Shown: piece by piece, positions 37,496-49,681 of the stretch
Numbering within the stretch: the stretch's first letter is position 1
Layout of the letters: the number at the start of each line of letters is the position of its first letter
NCBI RefSeq assembly: GCF_018350175.1
Contig: NC_058369.1
Coordinates: 23,934,001-23,998,000 of the forward strand
Direction of reading: 5' to 3'
Length of the DNA stretch: 64,000 nt
Source of the DNA: Felis catus
Lineage: Eukaryota
The notes under the pieces: generated by a model
Told to the model about the DNA's origin: nothing
What the model saw: the letters and a program-made list of their open reading frames with translations, nothing else
Database searches by the model: none
Position numbers and translations under genes: made by a program

Positions 37496-40400
37496 ATTTA
37501 TATGCTTCCAACTATGGAAAAGTATCATTTAGATAATAAGGACGGTTACAAAATCAAATCCTTATTACTTTTTAATATTGTGCATTATTATAGGTTAAGA
37601 TTTTTAAAAATAGTACACATGCGAGATCCTGGAAGTTTTAACTCTGTCTTTAGTAGCATGTTGCAGAGAATGAAAAAAAAGTGGCATCTTCCCAAAAAGA
37701 ATATGCAGTTAAGTAAGAGAAAAGATAAACTACTGGAAATGTTAAATGTTGCATTTGATAATGGTCTTTCTGCAATCATGAGAGTGGAGGGTGAAAATTC
37801 CCTTTCCTGTTAAAGTGTTATTTGAAAAAGCCTAAAAGAGGAAATTCTGAAACCAGAAAAGGGCAAACACAGTATGCACACCAATACCGTTTATGACAAA
37901 ACCAGTGTGATTTAAACATAGTTATGTAAGGGGCAATGTGAACAAAAAGGGAGCAGGAAAAAGGACTTTTCTTTCATTTTGAAATCCAGCATCAGGAAGA
38001 CACAAGGGCAGGAAGTCAGATCTTTTTTCAATTCATGTGAAATGATAAGGTGAAGACAGCCTGGAAGGACTTTTAATTATACGATGAGAGGAAGGAAAGG
38101 AGGGAGAGAAAAGAGACCAGGAGAAACCTGTTTTATACGTGAAATGATGAAGAAGAAAATGGAAAACAGAAGGGAAAAAGGCTTCCAAGCAGATATCTTG
38201 AGAATGAAACACAAAGGCTGCAAGAAGCAAGTGCCAACATCTCACATAGGAAAGCAGAAAATGCGGCACACCTGATCAAGGCTGTAGCAACCCCTCCCCC
38301 TGGCAGTGGGTGAAGGGGGCCGCCTGGTGATGCAGGAAGAGATAAGTCACCCTCCCCAGCCTGCACATGTGACCTCAGGTCAGCACAGGAGCCAGCTGGG
38401 ACCAGAGGGAGGAGCTAGGAGTGGTGCTCAGGGTCACAGGATAAAGCCTTCTTTTTATGCAACTTGTTAGCCCCTTCGCTGGGGGGTGGGGGTGGGGGGC
38501 TATGGCCTAATGAGTTATGGCAGCAACTTGGGGACATGTGCTGAGAAGAGAATGGAAGAGCTGTGGAATGAGGCTCCTTCCTCAGTTGTGGCATCTTCAC
38601 CCGGTTGCTGTACCTTGATTTCCTTATCTCTAAAATGGGATTACTAACACCCAGTTTTCAGAGTTGTGAAGATCAATGGAGATAATATATTTAAAATCCC
38701 CAGCCCAGTGCCAGGTATATAGCAAGAGTTCAAAAACCGTTAGTTTCTCCCACTCTAAAAGGTGAATAGAAAAACTGTCATGAAGAGCAAGAATGATGCA
38801 CACATTATAGCCACACTTAAAGTTCTCTTGAAGCAATGTCAGTCTAAGATCCTCCCCACCAATCTACCCAGTGCAACAGCTGGATCCAGGCTTTCCCAAA
38901 ATACAATGGTTTCCTGGTGGCCGACATCTTGGGAACTTCCCCTGTATATACTCTGTGCTTTGGTGGTGGATCTGAAATGTTCTTGGAGGCAGTAATGAAC
39001 AGGTTAAAATTGGGGGGATTTCAAACATGTCTAATCCAATAAGAGGCTTGGTAAAACATGCGTTATCACTTAAAGAATAAATGTTTAAAAATAGAGCACA
39101 GATGTGAAATTTGAATAAAAAAAAGGAGACAGCGCGTGAGAGATCTTCTTGGCATTTGTACACTATTCTCTGTTTCGGTCACCTTCAGCTAAGCCTGTTA
39201 TTCTAATATGCTCTGCCAACTGCTAGATACTGCAGGGGGTGCTTGAAATTACTGAAGCAAAGTTGGAAAATCACTCAGAAACTTAAAAGTCAGACCCATC
39301 CCTCCCTTTATGTATTTCTAAAAGCAGGGAACACACTGATGAAGTTGTTCTTTTCAAGTTTTTCTACTTAAAAAGGTATGTTAAAAAAGTAAAGATCAAG
39401 CTTTTCTAACACTAGCAATTTTTACACTAAAATCCTTAAATACTTCAGAGAAAGTATCATGGATAGGTATCAGTCACAAAAAAAGAGAGGCTATGGACTG
39501 CCAATCATAAAATAGGAATTTCTACTTCTGTAGGAAGCATTCCCTACCTCTCCAGCAAGCAGATTTTTGAAATGTCTGTAACACATCTGCACCAAAAAAT
39601 AAGAATTTTCCCTGTTATCTGTTTCGTGAGCTAACATCTGCCTAGTGGTAGAGAAGATAAAAAACCAAGGCTCAAGGGCAAACAGAGTCTCTCCTGTAGG
39701 GGAACTAAAGTGGTTTTTATACTATGGCTTTATTCAAATGAAAGACTCAGAAAGTAGACCATCAGAGTCCACTTGAAGCTCTGGTAAAAAGCCCTCCTAA
39801 AAGAGATTTGAGAAACTCGTGGAATCGCTGAGAAAATCTTTTCCTCCACAATCTGAGTGGTAGTGTGTGTTGCAAGTGGCCAACTGAATGGATTCCCTGA
39901 GTACTGGAGCTGAAGCATCAGCCATTTAGATTAGGGAATGTCCAGGCTAAGAGAGCAGACTAGTGTCCTGACCAACTACTTGGTACTAAGAGGAAGCTTT
40001 TCAGTAACACTGAAAGGTTTTACCTCCTTGAGAATGCCCTGTCCTTGGCCTATCAAAGAGGGATCTGGGTATTTCTTTTTTAAAAGGGGGTTCTCTAGAA
40101 CATACTGTAAAGAGACTTTGCATTGAAATCAATGATAAATAGAGATGTGCCTAGACTCTACCAGTGGGACATGAACAGCTTAACCCAAAGTGAGTCTGCA
40201 GTGAAAACCAATGCATTTGCATTTCAGCAATTTGATCTGGGGCAAGTCTGTGATGCATTACAATGCTGGGATCAAATCAAGCTTTTCTGGAGCTCATCCA
40301 ACCAAAACACAGGGCTATGGGAACCCTACTGCATACAGTTCCTCCACTGCTGTTTAATTGTGCTCACCTTCTGAACCATAAAGTATAATTAAAAGTCATC

Positions 40401-41951
40401 TACATACAATGCAATGGAAGTGTAAATATGAAGTACAACCATGTACGGCCTCAAGCAGAGAAGGAAAGAAACGCCTGACCAACCATCCCACTCAGGTGCT
40501 TCCCACTGTTCCTGACAGGATGGTTCTGTCTCTGCCAACATCCAATTTTGACTAGGATTCCATCCTTACAACCAGCCTTCCTGAACACTTTCCAGGGCAA
40601 CCTCCGCCTTCTTCCATTCTTGGCCACACCTATTTGGCTCATTCTTAGAGATGAGTCTTACCAACTTTTGAACAACACACAGGAGGGGGAAAAACTGCCT
40701 AAACAGATACACTGTGCAGACTTAGCGTTGCCTTCAGAATGTTGACCTGGACTAGTCTCTCCTGGTCCTAAAGTCTCCCTGCTCCCAAATGCCCAGTATG
40801 TTTTGGTAGCCAAAGGCAGTGCCCAGAACTGGTAGGAAAGCGAAACGAAAACAAAGCACAATTTATCTCTGATCACAGAAGTATTCTAACCAGTTCTGAG
40901 AAATAAGCTGGTTCTAATTTTAGCTAAACAATAGTGTCTGGCCCTCATTTTAAGAAGGCATTTTCATCAAGGATGTGCATATCACTACTTCAGCACACAG
41001 GGGAGCATTTGGGAATAAGGCTTAGGGGGTAAGATTTAGTTTTAAGCTTTCTTCAAAAACCCCTTAGCAGCAAAAAAAAAAAAATCCAATGATTTCAGAA
41101 TTAATTATTTTGATGTCAGTCTTTTTTTCAAGGGTGGAGAAAAAGAATTAGGGAGAGAATTGATCCAAAACACAAAAGAAAGAAAAATGATTATTTTTAA
41201 TAATATTTTTAGAACTAGTCTCCCCGCAGAAAGAACAAAAAGACCAAAACCAAAAAAACCAAAAAACTTAACTCATTCCCAATCGAGACTTTCTCCCAAA
41301 ACTGCAAAAATCTGGAAGCCAGATTTTTAAAAAAAGAGGTATGGTAAAAGCGTCAGAGGTGTGTGCTTATGAAGAAATGCAATTGGGAAGAATAGAAAAG
41401 TTAGATAGACCTATATCTACTACCAAGCTATGATTAATCCTTTATCTTTTTTAATGCCAACAGAAAGTTAATTTGTACTGCTCTCTTAGCTTTATACCTT
41501 ACTCAGCCTAGAACCAACCCAAATGTCAACACCTGAAGAGCGTCATAAAGATTCTTTTGTTGTTAAGCATAGGTGGAATTTCTGGACTCATTTCATATCA
41601 CCTTTTCTGGCTCTCTTGACAGATGTTTAACAGGAGTTTAGATATTTCTAGGCAAACTGATTTATGACACTCAGAAATTCTCGGGGATGAAGTAGAGGCG
41701 CTCCCTTCATAACAACAAGTCACCTTTACCACATTTGGAAGCTCAGTGACAAGAAGAACCCCCAAATTTAGAAGAGATTTGAACTAAAATACAGTGAAAA
41801 GGAAGATTCAGAGGAAAGGGTCAAAATGGCCACCATTGCAAATAATTCAAGTATGGGAAAAGGCATCTCTACAAAGCACATTGCAACATGGCAGGAAAAA
41901 AAACATGACACCATTCTGTGGTCATCATGGCAAACAAGTCTCATCTCTTCT

Positions 41952-42166
41952 TTTTTTTTTTTTAACGTTTATTTATTTTTGAGACAGAGAGAGACAGAGC
42001 ATGAACGGGGGAGGGTCAGAGACAGAGGGAGACATAGAATCTGAAACAGGTTCCAGGCTCTGAGCTGTCAGCACAGAGCCCGACGCGGGGCTCGAACTCA
42101 TGGACCGGGAGATCATGACCTGAGCCGAAGTCGGACGCTTAACCGACTGAGCCACCCAGGCACCCC
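41952..42166 (-). mobile_element. Feline Can-SINE with perfect 16-bp TSD
   Basis: TSD AAGTCTCATCTCTTCT at 41936-41951 and 42167-42182. Confidence 0.97.
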
Positions 42167-42302
42167 AAGTCTCATCTCTTCTATCAGCTCCTATACTTGG
42201 TGGCAGCCTGGAATACTGGGGTGAGAAGAATCATAGGCTAAGTTTTGTCTAAAGTCATGATTGACCAATAATATCTCTTTTTTTTAAATAAGCTGCCCTG
42301 GC

Positions 42303-42850
42303 AATTCACTCACTCATTTACTTATACCTTCAACAAATATTTGCTGAATGCCCACTATGTCCTAGCAATTGGGCTTGGCCTGGAGATAAATGGTTAGCAA
42401 AAAAGGTCACAGGATCACATTCTCAGTGCTCATAACTAGCAGGGTAGATAGTTACTATTCAAATAATCACAAAAACACAAATTCATAAACTAGCAGGATA
42501 GTTACTATTCAAATAATCACAAAAATAAATACAAAGTTGCATCTGCTACAGTGCAATTAAGTGATGTCTACATTCTACAGGATTGTCAAACTGGAGATTT
42601 GATACAATTGAGAAAATCCCAGGTTTCCCTGATCTTGGATTGAGAGTGAATGGGTGAATGTGCATTAACTAGGTGAGGAAAAGACGGAAATGTATTCCAG
42701 GCAGAGGGGATTGCATTGCATGTACAAGGCCCATTGGTTTGAATTTGTCTTTATACCACCAGTAAAGGAAGCCAGGGAAGACGTTTCAGCAGTAAGGGCT
42801 GGAGAGTGATGAGTGTATCATGAGATTTATCTTTAGAAAAGATCATATTT
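42303..42850 (-). mobile_element. L2 fragment (antisense) with internal tandem duplication
   Basis: attcactcactcattt...caacaaatatttgctgaatgcccactatgt...attccaggcagagggga. Confidence 0.6.
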
Positions 42851-43339
42851 TTGCCCACTGAGGTTTGAGAATCTCTGCCCTGGCCTGGAGGCTGGCTGCA
42901 CTTTTCCTAGGCACAGCCATCTAAGCCATTACAAAGAGAGTGTAAGATTTGGACTCCAGCGGTATTATCGTGGAGACTGCCCGAAAGTCAGGGAGAGTAT
43001 TTTGTCAAAGGGTCCTGTTCCTACTCAAAAATCTCACCAGCCATGACAAACAAATTCTGGCATTAGTTCTTCACGGCTTTAATGGAAGTGGCAATGATTT
43101 TTAAAAATGCAGGCTAAGCCCTGGGACTCCTTAGAAGCTGAAGGCAGAGATCTGGAGAGTGGGCTCAGTAGGGCAGACTGAGACAGGTCATGCTGAGTGG
43201 TCTGAGAGCCCTCCCTGCTCTGGAGTTGCATGACTAATGTATTTTGTTTGGTAACTGCAGAGAACTTCTGCTTCAGAATGTACCACTCTTAGCAGATCCT
43301 GCAGAGTTCTACACATCCTATCCTCACTCAGTCACTGCG

Positions 43340-43822
43340 CTGACAGCTCACCTCTTCATCTCCTTGTCTGCTCCACTCCAGCCACACTGGCTTCCCTGTT
43401 CTTTCCCAAACACACCAGCATGTTCCTGCCTTAGAGCTGTGTGCAGGCTGTTCCCTCCACCAAAACACTCTTCCCCTAGATGTGTAAAAGCGCACTCTCT
43501 CACCTCCTTCAAGTCTTTGCTCAAATGTCTTCTTCTCATTGAGGCCCATCTGTCTACCCTATTTTACATTGTCACCTTGTCCTCAATCCTTCCCTGACAC
43601 TCCTGTTCTCCTTATACTGGTCTACATTTTTCTTTTTTTACCATATGATTTACTTATTTATTACATTCATAGTTTATTGCTTTTCTCCCACCTGCCCCCC
43701 ACTCCAACATTAAAACATATGCCCCACGAGGAAGGGGTCTTTATTTTGGTCACTGACATATTCCAAAAGTGCCTAGCATTCTAACACAGGGAAGGTACTC
43801 AATGAATATTGTTGAGTTGAAT
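43340..43822 (+). mobile_element. L2 3' fragment
   Basis: ctccactccagccacactggcttccctgttctttcccaaacacacc...cactctctcacctccttcaagtctttgctcaaatgtc...aaggtactcaatgaatattgttgagttgaat. Confidence 0.85.
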
Positions 43823-44919
43823 TCCAACATAGCATGTGGCCTCTCCATAAGCTGAGGCATTGGAACTCGATTCCTCGGACAATATCTGTGAGGTGTGGGA
43901 GCTAATCCATGGCTTTAGAGATGCAGTATTGAGCCTAGCTAAGAGCAAAGTGTCAGCACTGCTATGTCTTAGGAGCCCAACCCTGCACTACCAGGTATGT
44001 GTGATATGCATAGGTATGGTAGTTGAGTCATGTGGTCTCTCAGAGCCTTGATTTGATCAACTCAAAAATAAGAATGATGCTCTTCTCACTGGGGCAGATA
44101 AAATTTCTGTTGTGGATGATACCCAGCACCCGTCTGAGAGCCTGGCACATAGCAGATATGCAATATGTTGGTTGGTGGATTATGAGGAAAAAGTGAGATA
44201 ATGTTTGTAAACATATTTACATAAAGCACTTGACATAGAGCCTGGCATGTGTCATCCATTCATTCACAAAACAAATATTTATTGAGTGGGTACTATGTGC
44301 TTGGCAAAGTGCAATAACTGTGGGGATTGTTAAATGAACTACTGATGTTCAGTCACTGGGAATGTCATGGGCAGTAGAGAAACCTTCTGCACGAGATGAG
44401 CTGAGCAGAAGGCAGCCTGAAGGGGTGGCATCTCTCATGAGCCAGTCTGCCTCAGTATCCTCACAGAACATCAGGCAGATGAACCAAAGGCCTTCCCCTC
44501 CCGTTGGCCCAGGCATCTGAAAGAGCTCTGCCCTCCCAAGTCACTCATGCAGGTGATGACAGCTGAGGTCTGAGACTCGCTCTCCCAGGGGTACCCTGTC
44601 TGATTGACTCTATGTGGACTGCATACACAAACCAAGCAAATTTAATAAGCAGTGTGAGCCTCTTTGGTGCACACTGGGAGTTGAGGTCTACTGTTCCTGA
44701 CATGTCTCCCCGCTGCTCCCAAGTGCTTGGGCTTCAAGGGAGGGAGACCAAGAAGGCCTAAGTGCTAATGTCTGCAGCTCTTTCTCCCACAGTTCAAGAG
44801 TGTCTCAACCAGTTATGACTCCCAGGCTTGTGAAAAATATCAACAATGAAATCAAAATCAAGCTACCTTTGAGGATGGTAGTGATAAAATCAATTAATAG
44901 TAGCAGTAGTAATAGAAGC

Positions 44920-45105
44920 TCACACATATACAGTACCTATTATGTGCCAAGCATATGCAGAGCTCTTTATATACCTTATACTCACAATACTTTGAATTAG
45001 GTTATTAGCCCAGTTTACAGACAAGGAAACTGAGGCTCATGAAGGTTTAGTAGTTTTCCCATGATCACACAGCTAACAAGTGCTCAGACAAGAGTCATCC
45101 CAAGC
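44920..45105 (-). mobile_element. MIR
   Basis: tacctattatgtgccaagc...tattagcccagtttacagacaaggaaactgaggctcatgaaggtttagtagttttcccatgatcacacagctaacaagtg. Confidence 0.75.
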
Positions 45106-48081
45106 AGTCCAACTCTAGATGGTACTAACAATTCAGTTACTGGTTGTATGGTAAAGGGTCTTTTCAAGCATCATGGAATGTACAGCTGTAAAGCCTGGGC
45201 AAGGCACCAAACCTCTCTGGACTTTTGCTTCCTTCTCCTATAAGAGTATCAGTGCTTCAGTTTCATTGGGAGTTGATGAGTCAGTGTATGCAAAGCCTTT
45301 ACAGCCATGCCTGGCATGTGGGGAGAACTCAGAAGTATTAGGAAGTATTGATATGATCAAATAGCCTAAGCCTAAGAGCTCTAGGCAGAACCCACTCCTT
45401 ATGAATAGCCAGAGAACATTCTTAAATGGATACTTTGGCATCTACTTCAAGCTTACAAAGATAAGGGGACCTCACAGGTTCTAGAATACCCTCCCACTTG
45501 TCACTCTGAATTCCTTTCTGAGCCTCAATCTGGTGGGGCATGTGTAGACTCAGGTGGACTATCTCAGATCCAAGCCCTATTGCTTACAAGCTTTGTGCTT
45601 TAGGCTGGTTATTCCACACTCTGAGTCTCAGCTACACTCCCTGGAAAAGGGAGGCAATCCTGCCACCCACACCACAGGGCTGCTGTGAGGACAGTGGGAC
45701 AAAGCCCCTGAGGGACACTGGATATGCACCCTGGCACAGAGGAAACACTCAATACAAAGGGGGTGCTTTTCCAAGCCAATGAATCATTATCCTTAGAATC
45801 ATATCATTTACAACAAGGGTACATCAATTCACGTGCTTTTTTTTTTCTCTGTTGCCTATAGGGTGTGGGGAAGGATTTCAAATCTAAATCATCAAGGATC
45901 CCATCCTTCTCCTTCTGCCTCTTTTTCCACAATAGCCCTTCAGACCCTGCCTTAGTTCAGGCGGGAGCCTAAATCTGCATGGCTGGGGTTTCCCAAATGT
46001 GCCCCATGATACCCAAAACCAAGCCCGTCGTGAATAATGAAGGCTTTGTGCAGTTTCCCAGGAGCAAATTGAAGGGCTACACTCAATCCTTCCTGGAATC
46101 TAGGAGTGCATTTTCATGATGTTGAGAAAAAAATAGCCTTAAAAAATTCCTTATTGGAAAAATAGAGGGGGGTTTGAGGAGCAAGGTATCTAGGAGACAG
46201 AAAGGAAAATATAATCCACTATGCCTGACAGCGAGGCCTCTCGCTGGCTCCACTGGGTAGCCAGAAGAGCTGGCCCCATCGGGTAGCCACCAAATCTGGA
46301 ACCTTTGACAAATACATAATAAATGAAATCACTTTACAAATCAAGATATAATGCTATCATCTATGGTCTCAGACTTTTTGGCCACCAAGTACTAGCAATC
46401 ATAAAAAGAGATAAAGGGCAAGGTAGGATGTAGCTGTTATGTACCCCCACCCCCCCCCCATGGTGGGGTCGAGTGTCTCCTTAGCTGCTGACTGACCTGA
46501 GACCTTTGGATCATGTATGCATCGTAGCTGGACCCGTGGTACTTGGCCGTAATATCTGGGCTGTAGCCAGCATCACAAGTGCATGGTATATTCGAGCTCA
46601 GGGGCTGTTTCCTAGGTCTATATACCTGTGGGAGAAAGCTACAATGGTTAGGTGCAGGAGGGGAGGGAGCAGGGCTCACAGGGAAGGAGTTAGGAGAAAG
46701 CAAAGAAGGGGGCTTGTCTTGACTTTCTGTGGCCAGGTGGGTGGAAAACCCAGTGTAGAAGATGCACAGCTCCAAACAAAGAGGTCAGATGTAAGCGGTT
46801 CCCGACCCCCGGGGCCAGCACTAGCAAGGCATGCTGCTCTATGGAATGACCCCAATGTCTGGCAGTGACTGGGACCCTCCCTCTGCAGGAGAGGGCACTC
46901 AGGCATGGCGGTGGTCTCTCTCCCTCAGCAAGGCAGCCCTATGAGAAATGGACTCTGTTTCACGGCCAAAGGATGCCTTTTCCTTCCAAGAGTTGGCCCC
47001 GTTGCGAGAGGAAGGGTCTTATTTCTTTGGGTTTCCCTTCCAGTCACCTTGCACACTGGCCCAGATCACCCTAGCAGGCAGAGAGCCAGCCCTCGGGGCT
47101 GAAATTGATGTGGACACACTGCATGTGGTACCATGTGGCATTTACAGAGCTTCAGAGCCACATGTGGCCCAAGCTAAGATGTGACAGCCACCTTGTGAGA
47201 CCACAGACCACTGAGCCATAATATCTGCTGAATTGGTTTTATAATGAAGTTAGAGTCCAAGTGAATATCTTTAACTACTGCTTCCAAAAGTTCCTAAATT
47301 ATATATATGGAGAAGAACTAATGTCTGAAGATTTCAGGAATTATTTCGCAGTACACTTCAAGTGCAATTATGTCTATTTAAGCCACTCACAGAAAACCCT
47401 CCAAAAAGAAAAGAACTTTGTGCACAAGACTTTCCCCCTCCTTCCTTTTCCCTCAGAAGAAATACAGTGGCCTAGAGAGGAGGAATAAATGGATAATTGA
47501 GTAAATAGGTGATAAAAAAAGGATGTTAACTAAATAATGGCTAGGGAGGTCTCCAAGCATAGTCTGGCAGTGCTAGGGGCTGGGGAATATTCCTTAGCTA
47601 AAAGGTCCTGAAAGAACTAGCTGAAGAACCAAAGTTGGAAGTATGGAGAGAAAGAAATCTAAAGAACTGGATGAGGAGAGTTATTGATGGGGCCCAGAAA
47701 GTAAGCAAGACAGAAGGTAACATTTCCAATGGGAAAGAAGGTGCCCAGAATTTAATTAGTAGTTTCTACGATTTAGTGAGAAGTCATACAAAGTCTACTG
47801 GAAGGAAGAGACCTGAGAGTTATATCTGGGAAGATGATGCTAATACAAAAGAAAGGAAAACAGCACTGGCTGCAAACCACACAAGCCCAGGCACATGCAC
47901 ATAAACACAGAAAAGCAGTAAAATGATGTTCTAGCAACAACTCGGGCCAATTCATTCCTACCTGGTTTTAGCTGCTTGAGCCCGCAGGATGGACATGGGA
48001 GAATGAAGAGTAGCTAAACCCAGAGAAAGCACGCAAGGCCCCAAACCCAGCAAGACACACCTTTTGTGCAGGAGGCCCCAC

Positions 48082-48229
48082 CTGCTGCTTTAACTGATGC
48101 ACGAGTCGATCTTTTTCCCGCTTGAGAGCCATGACTTCTTCCTGTGTCTTTTTCTTTTTGGAAGCAGACAATTCCAGCAAGGCAATATTTGCATCTTTTT
48201 CACTGATTGCTGCAAGCAGTGCTTCTTGT
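48082..48229 (-). CDS. ERC2: ERC2 (CAST/ELKS2) internal coding exon, C-terminal coiled-coil region
   Basis: Minus strand reads ...ctttattttaccAG|A CAA GAA GCA CTG CTT GCA GCA ATC AGT GAA AAA GAT GCA AAT ATT GCC TTG CTG GAA ... AAG CAG CAG|GTgggg. Length 148 nt = 1 base + 49 codons, QEALLAAISEKDANIALLELSASKKKKTQEEVMALKREKDRLVHQLKQQ, recognised as ERC2 sequence. The phase-0 end matches the next exon. Confidence 0.96.
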
Positions 48230-49468
48230 CTGGTAAAATAAAGATTATTGTGATCATTTTTATGAAATGTAAAAAAAACTTGTCATTTATAGTTGAAATG
48301 AACCATAGAGCACTGTCTTAATAGGAAGGAATTAAAGACAAAGTAACTCTTTGATTCTCAGAATGGACAAAGTAATTTGGGTCAGAATCCCTGAGACCCA
48401 TGCACTGCTTCCTCTGAAGGAGCCATCTTTCACTGGCTTCATAGACAAAGCTGCAAATTAGAAATGGAGGGAGTCAATCTGAACACTCACTTCTAGGGTA
48501 CTTTAATGGATGCAGCCATTCATCCATCCACCCACCCATCCATCCATCTACCCATCTGCCAAGTAAAGTTCTAGGTACTCCAAGACAATCCAACAAAACT
48601 GGGCAGCAATTTAAATATCAATATATTTTTTTTCATGCAAGATTTTCTTTTGAAGGCAGGCAGACATATTTAGTAGGGTATCCTTTCCATTTTCAATGTA
48701 ATTAATGATGCTTTCATGCCATTCCACCAAAAACCATTCCCTCCTCAGTCTTCCTTACCTAGTAATTACACCACCATCTACTGAGTAACCCAAGCTCCAA
48801 ACCTAGAAGTCATCCTTGATTTCTTCCCTCTCTTCTCCACTCAGAGATGATCCATCAACAACTTCAGTAGGTTTTACTCCATGAGACATTCCTTATCTAA
48901 ACTGATCTACTGCTACCAAACCACTCCCAACCACTAGCATCTACTCCTGCAGCCCACTAGTCTCCGAGGAACAAAGACCACTGGTCTATGTGGAACAAAG
49001 ACGGGTCATCTTTAAAAACATTATAAATATGGATTCCACCATTATGTTGCTTGCAAAATCCATTGCATCACTCATTAGACTTGAAATCAGACCCTTTACC
49101 GATGCCTGTGACTCATTACACCAACTGGCCCTAACCACCTCTCTGAGGTCATCTTGTGCCCCTTCTCCTTCTGCATTCATTAGGCTCCAGCTCATTTTGT
49201 GCCTGAACTCTTTCTCGTCCTTGAAAATGTTATACTTGTCCTCACCTCATAAGCTTTGCCTTTGCCATACCCCCTGACTGGAATGCCCTCACCTCACACA
49301 GGTCCTTACCCTTCAGGTCTCAAATGAAATGTATTTTCCTCAGAAAAGCTCTCGCCAGCCACTTTCCCTAGCAATGTCTCCCTACCTTTCACTTTGTGCC
49401 CAAGCCACTGGTCTGTCACATTACACTTTTTCTTCCTATAACTCTCGGTTATTTAAAAGGATCTTAGA

Positions 49469-49635
49469 GGGATGCCTGGGTGGCTCAGTCAGTTAAGTGT
49501 CTGACTCTTGATTTCAGCTCAGGTCATGATCTCAGGGTTGAGGGACTGTGCCATCTTAGGCTCCATGCAATCTCCATGATGGGATTCTCTCTCTCCCTCT
49601 CTCTCTGCCCCTCCCCATTCCCCTCTTAAATAAAT
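49469..49635 (+). mobile_element. Older Can-SINE, followed by (GATA)n
   Basis: gggatgcctgggtggctcagtcagttaagtgtctgactcttgatttcagctcaggtcatgatctca...; tail converted to (TAGA)n through 49680. Confidence 0.9.
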
Positions 49636-49639
49636 AGAC

Positions 49640-49680
<41 letters not shown>
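49634..49680. repeat. (GATA)n tetranucleotide microsatellite
   Basis: About 10 GATA units. Confidence 0.95.

Positions 49681-49681
<1 letters not shown>

Larger units (their letters stand above)
14075..48081 (-). other. ERC2: ERC2 intron (~34 kb, phase 0, GT-AG)
   Basis: Bounded by GT at 48081-48080 and AG at 14076-14075 on the minus strand. Splicing gives the contiguous peptide ...QLKQQ|TQNRMK... Confidence 0.9.
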
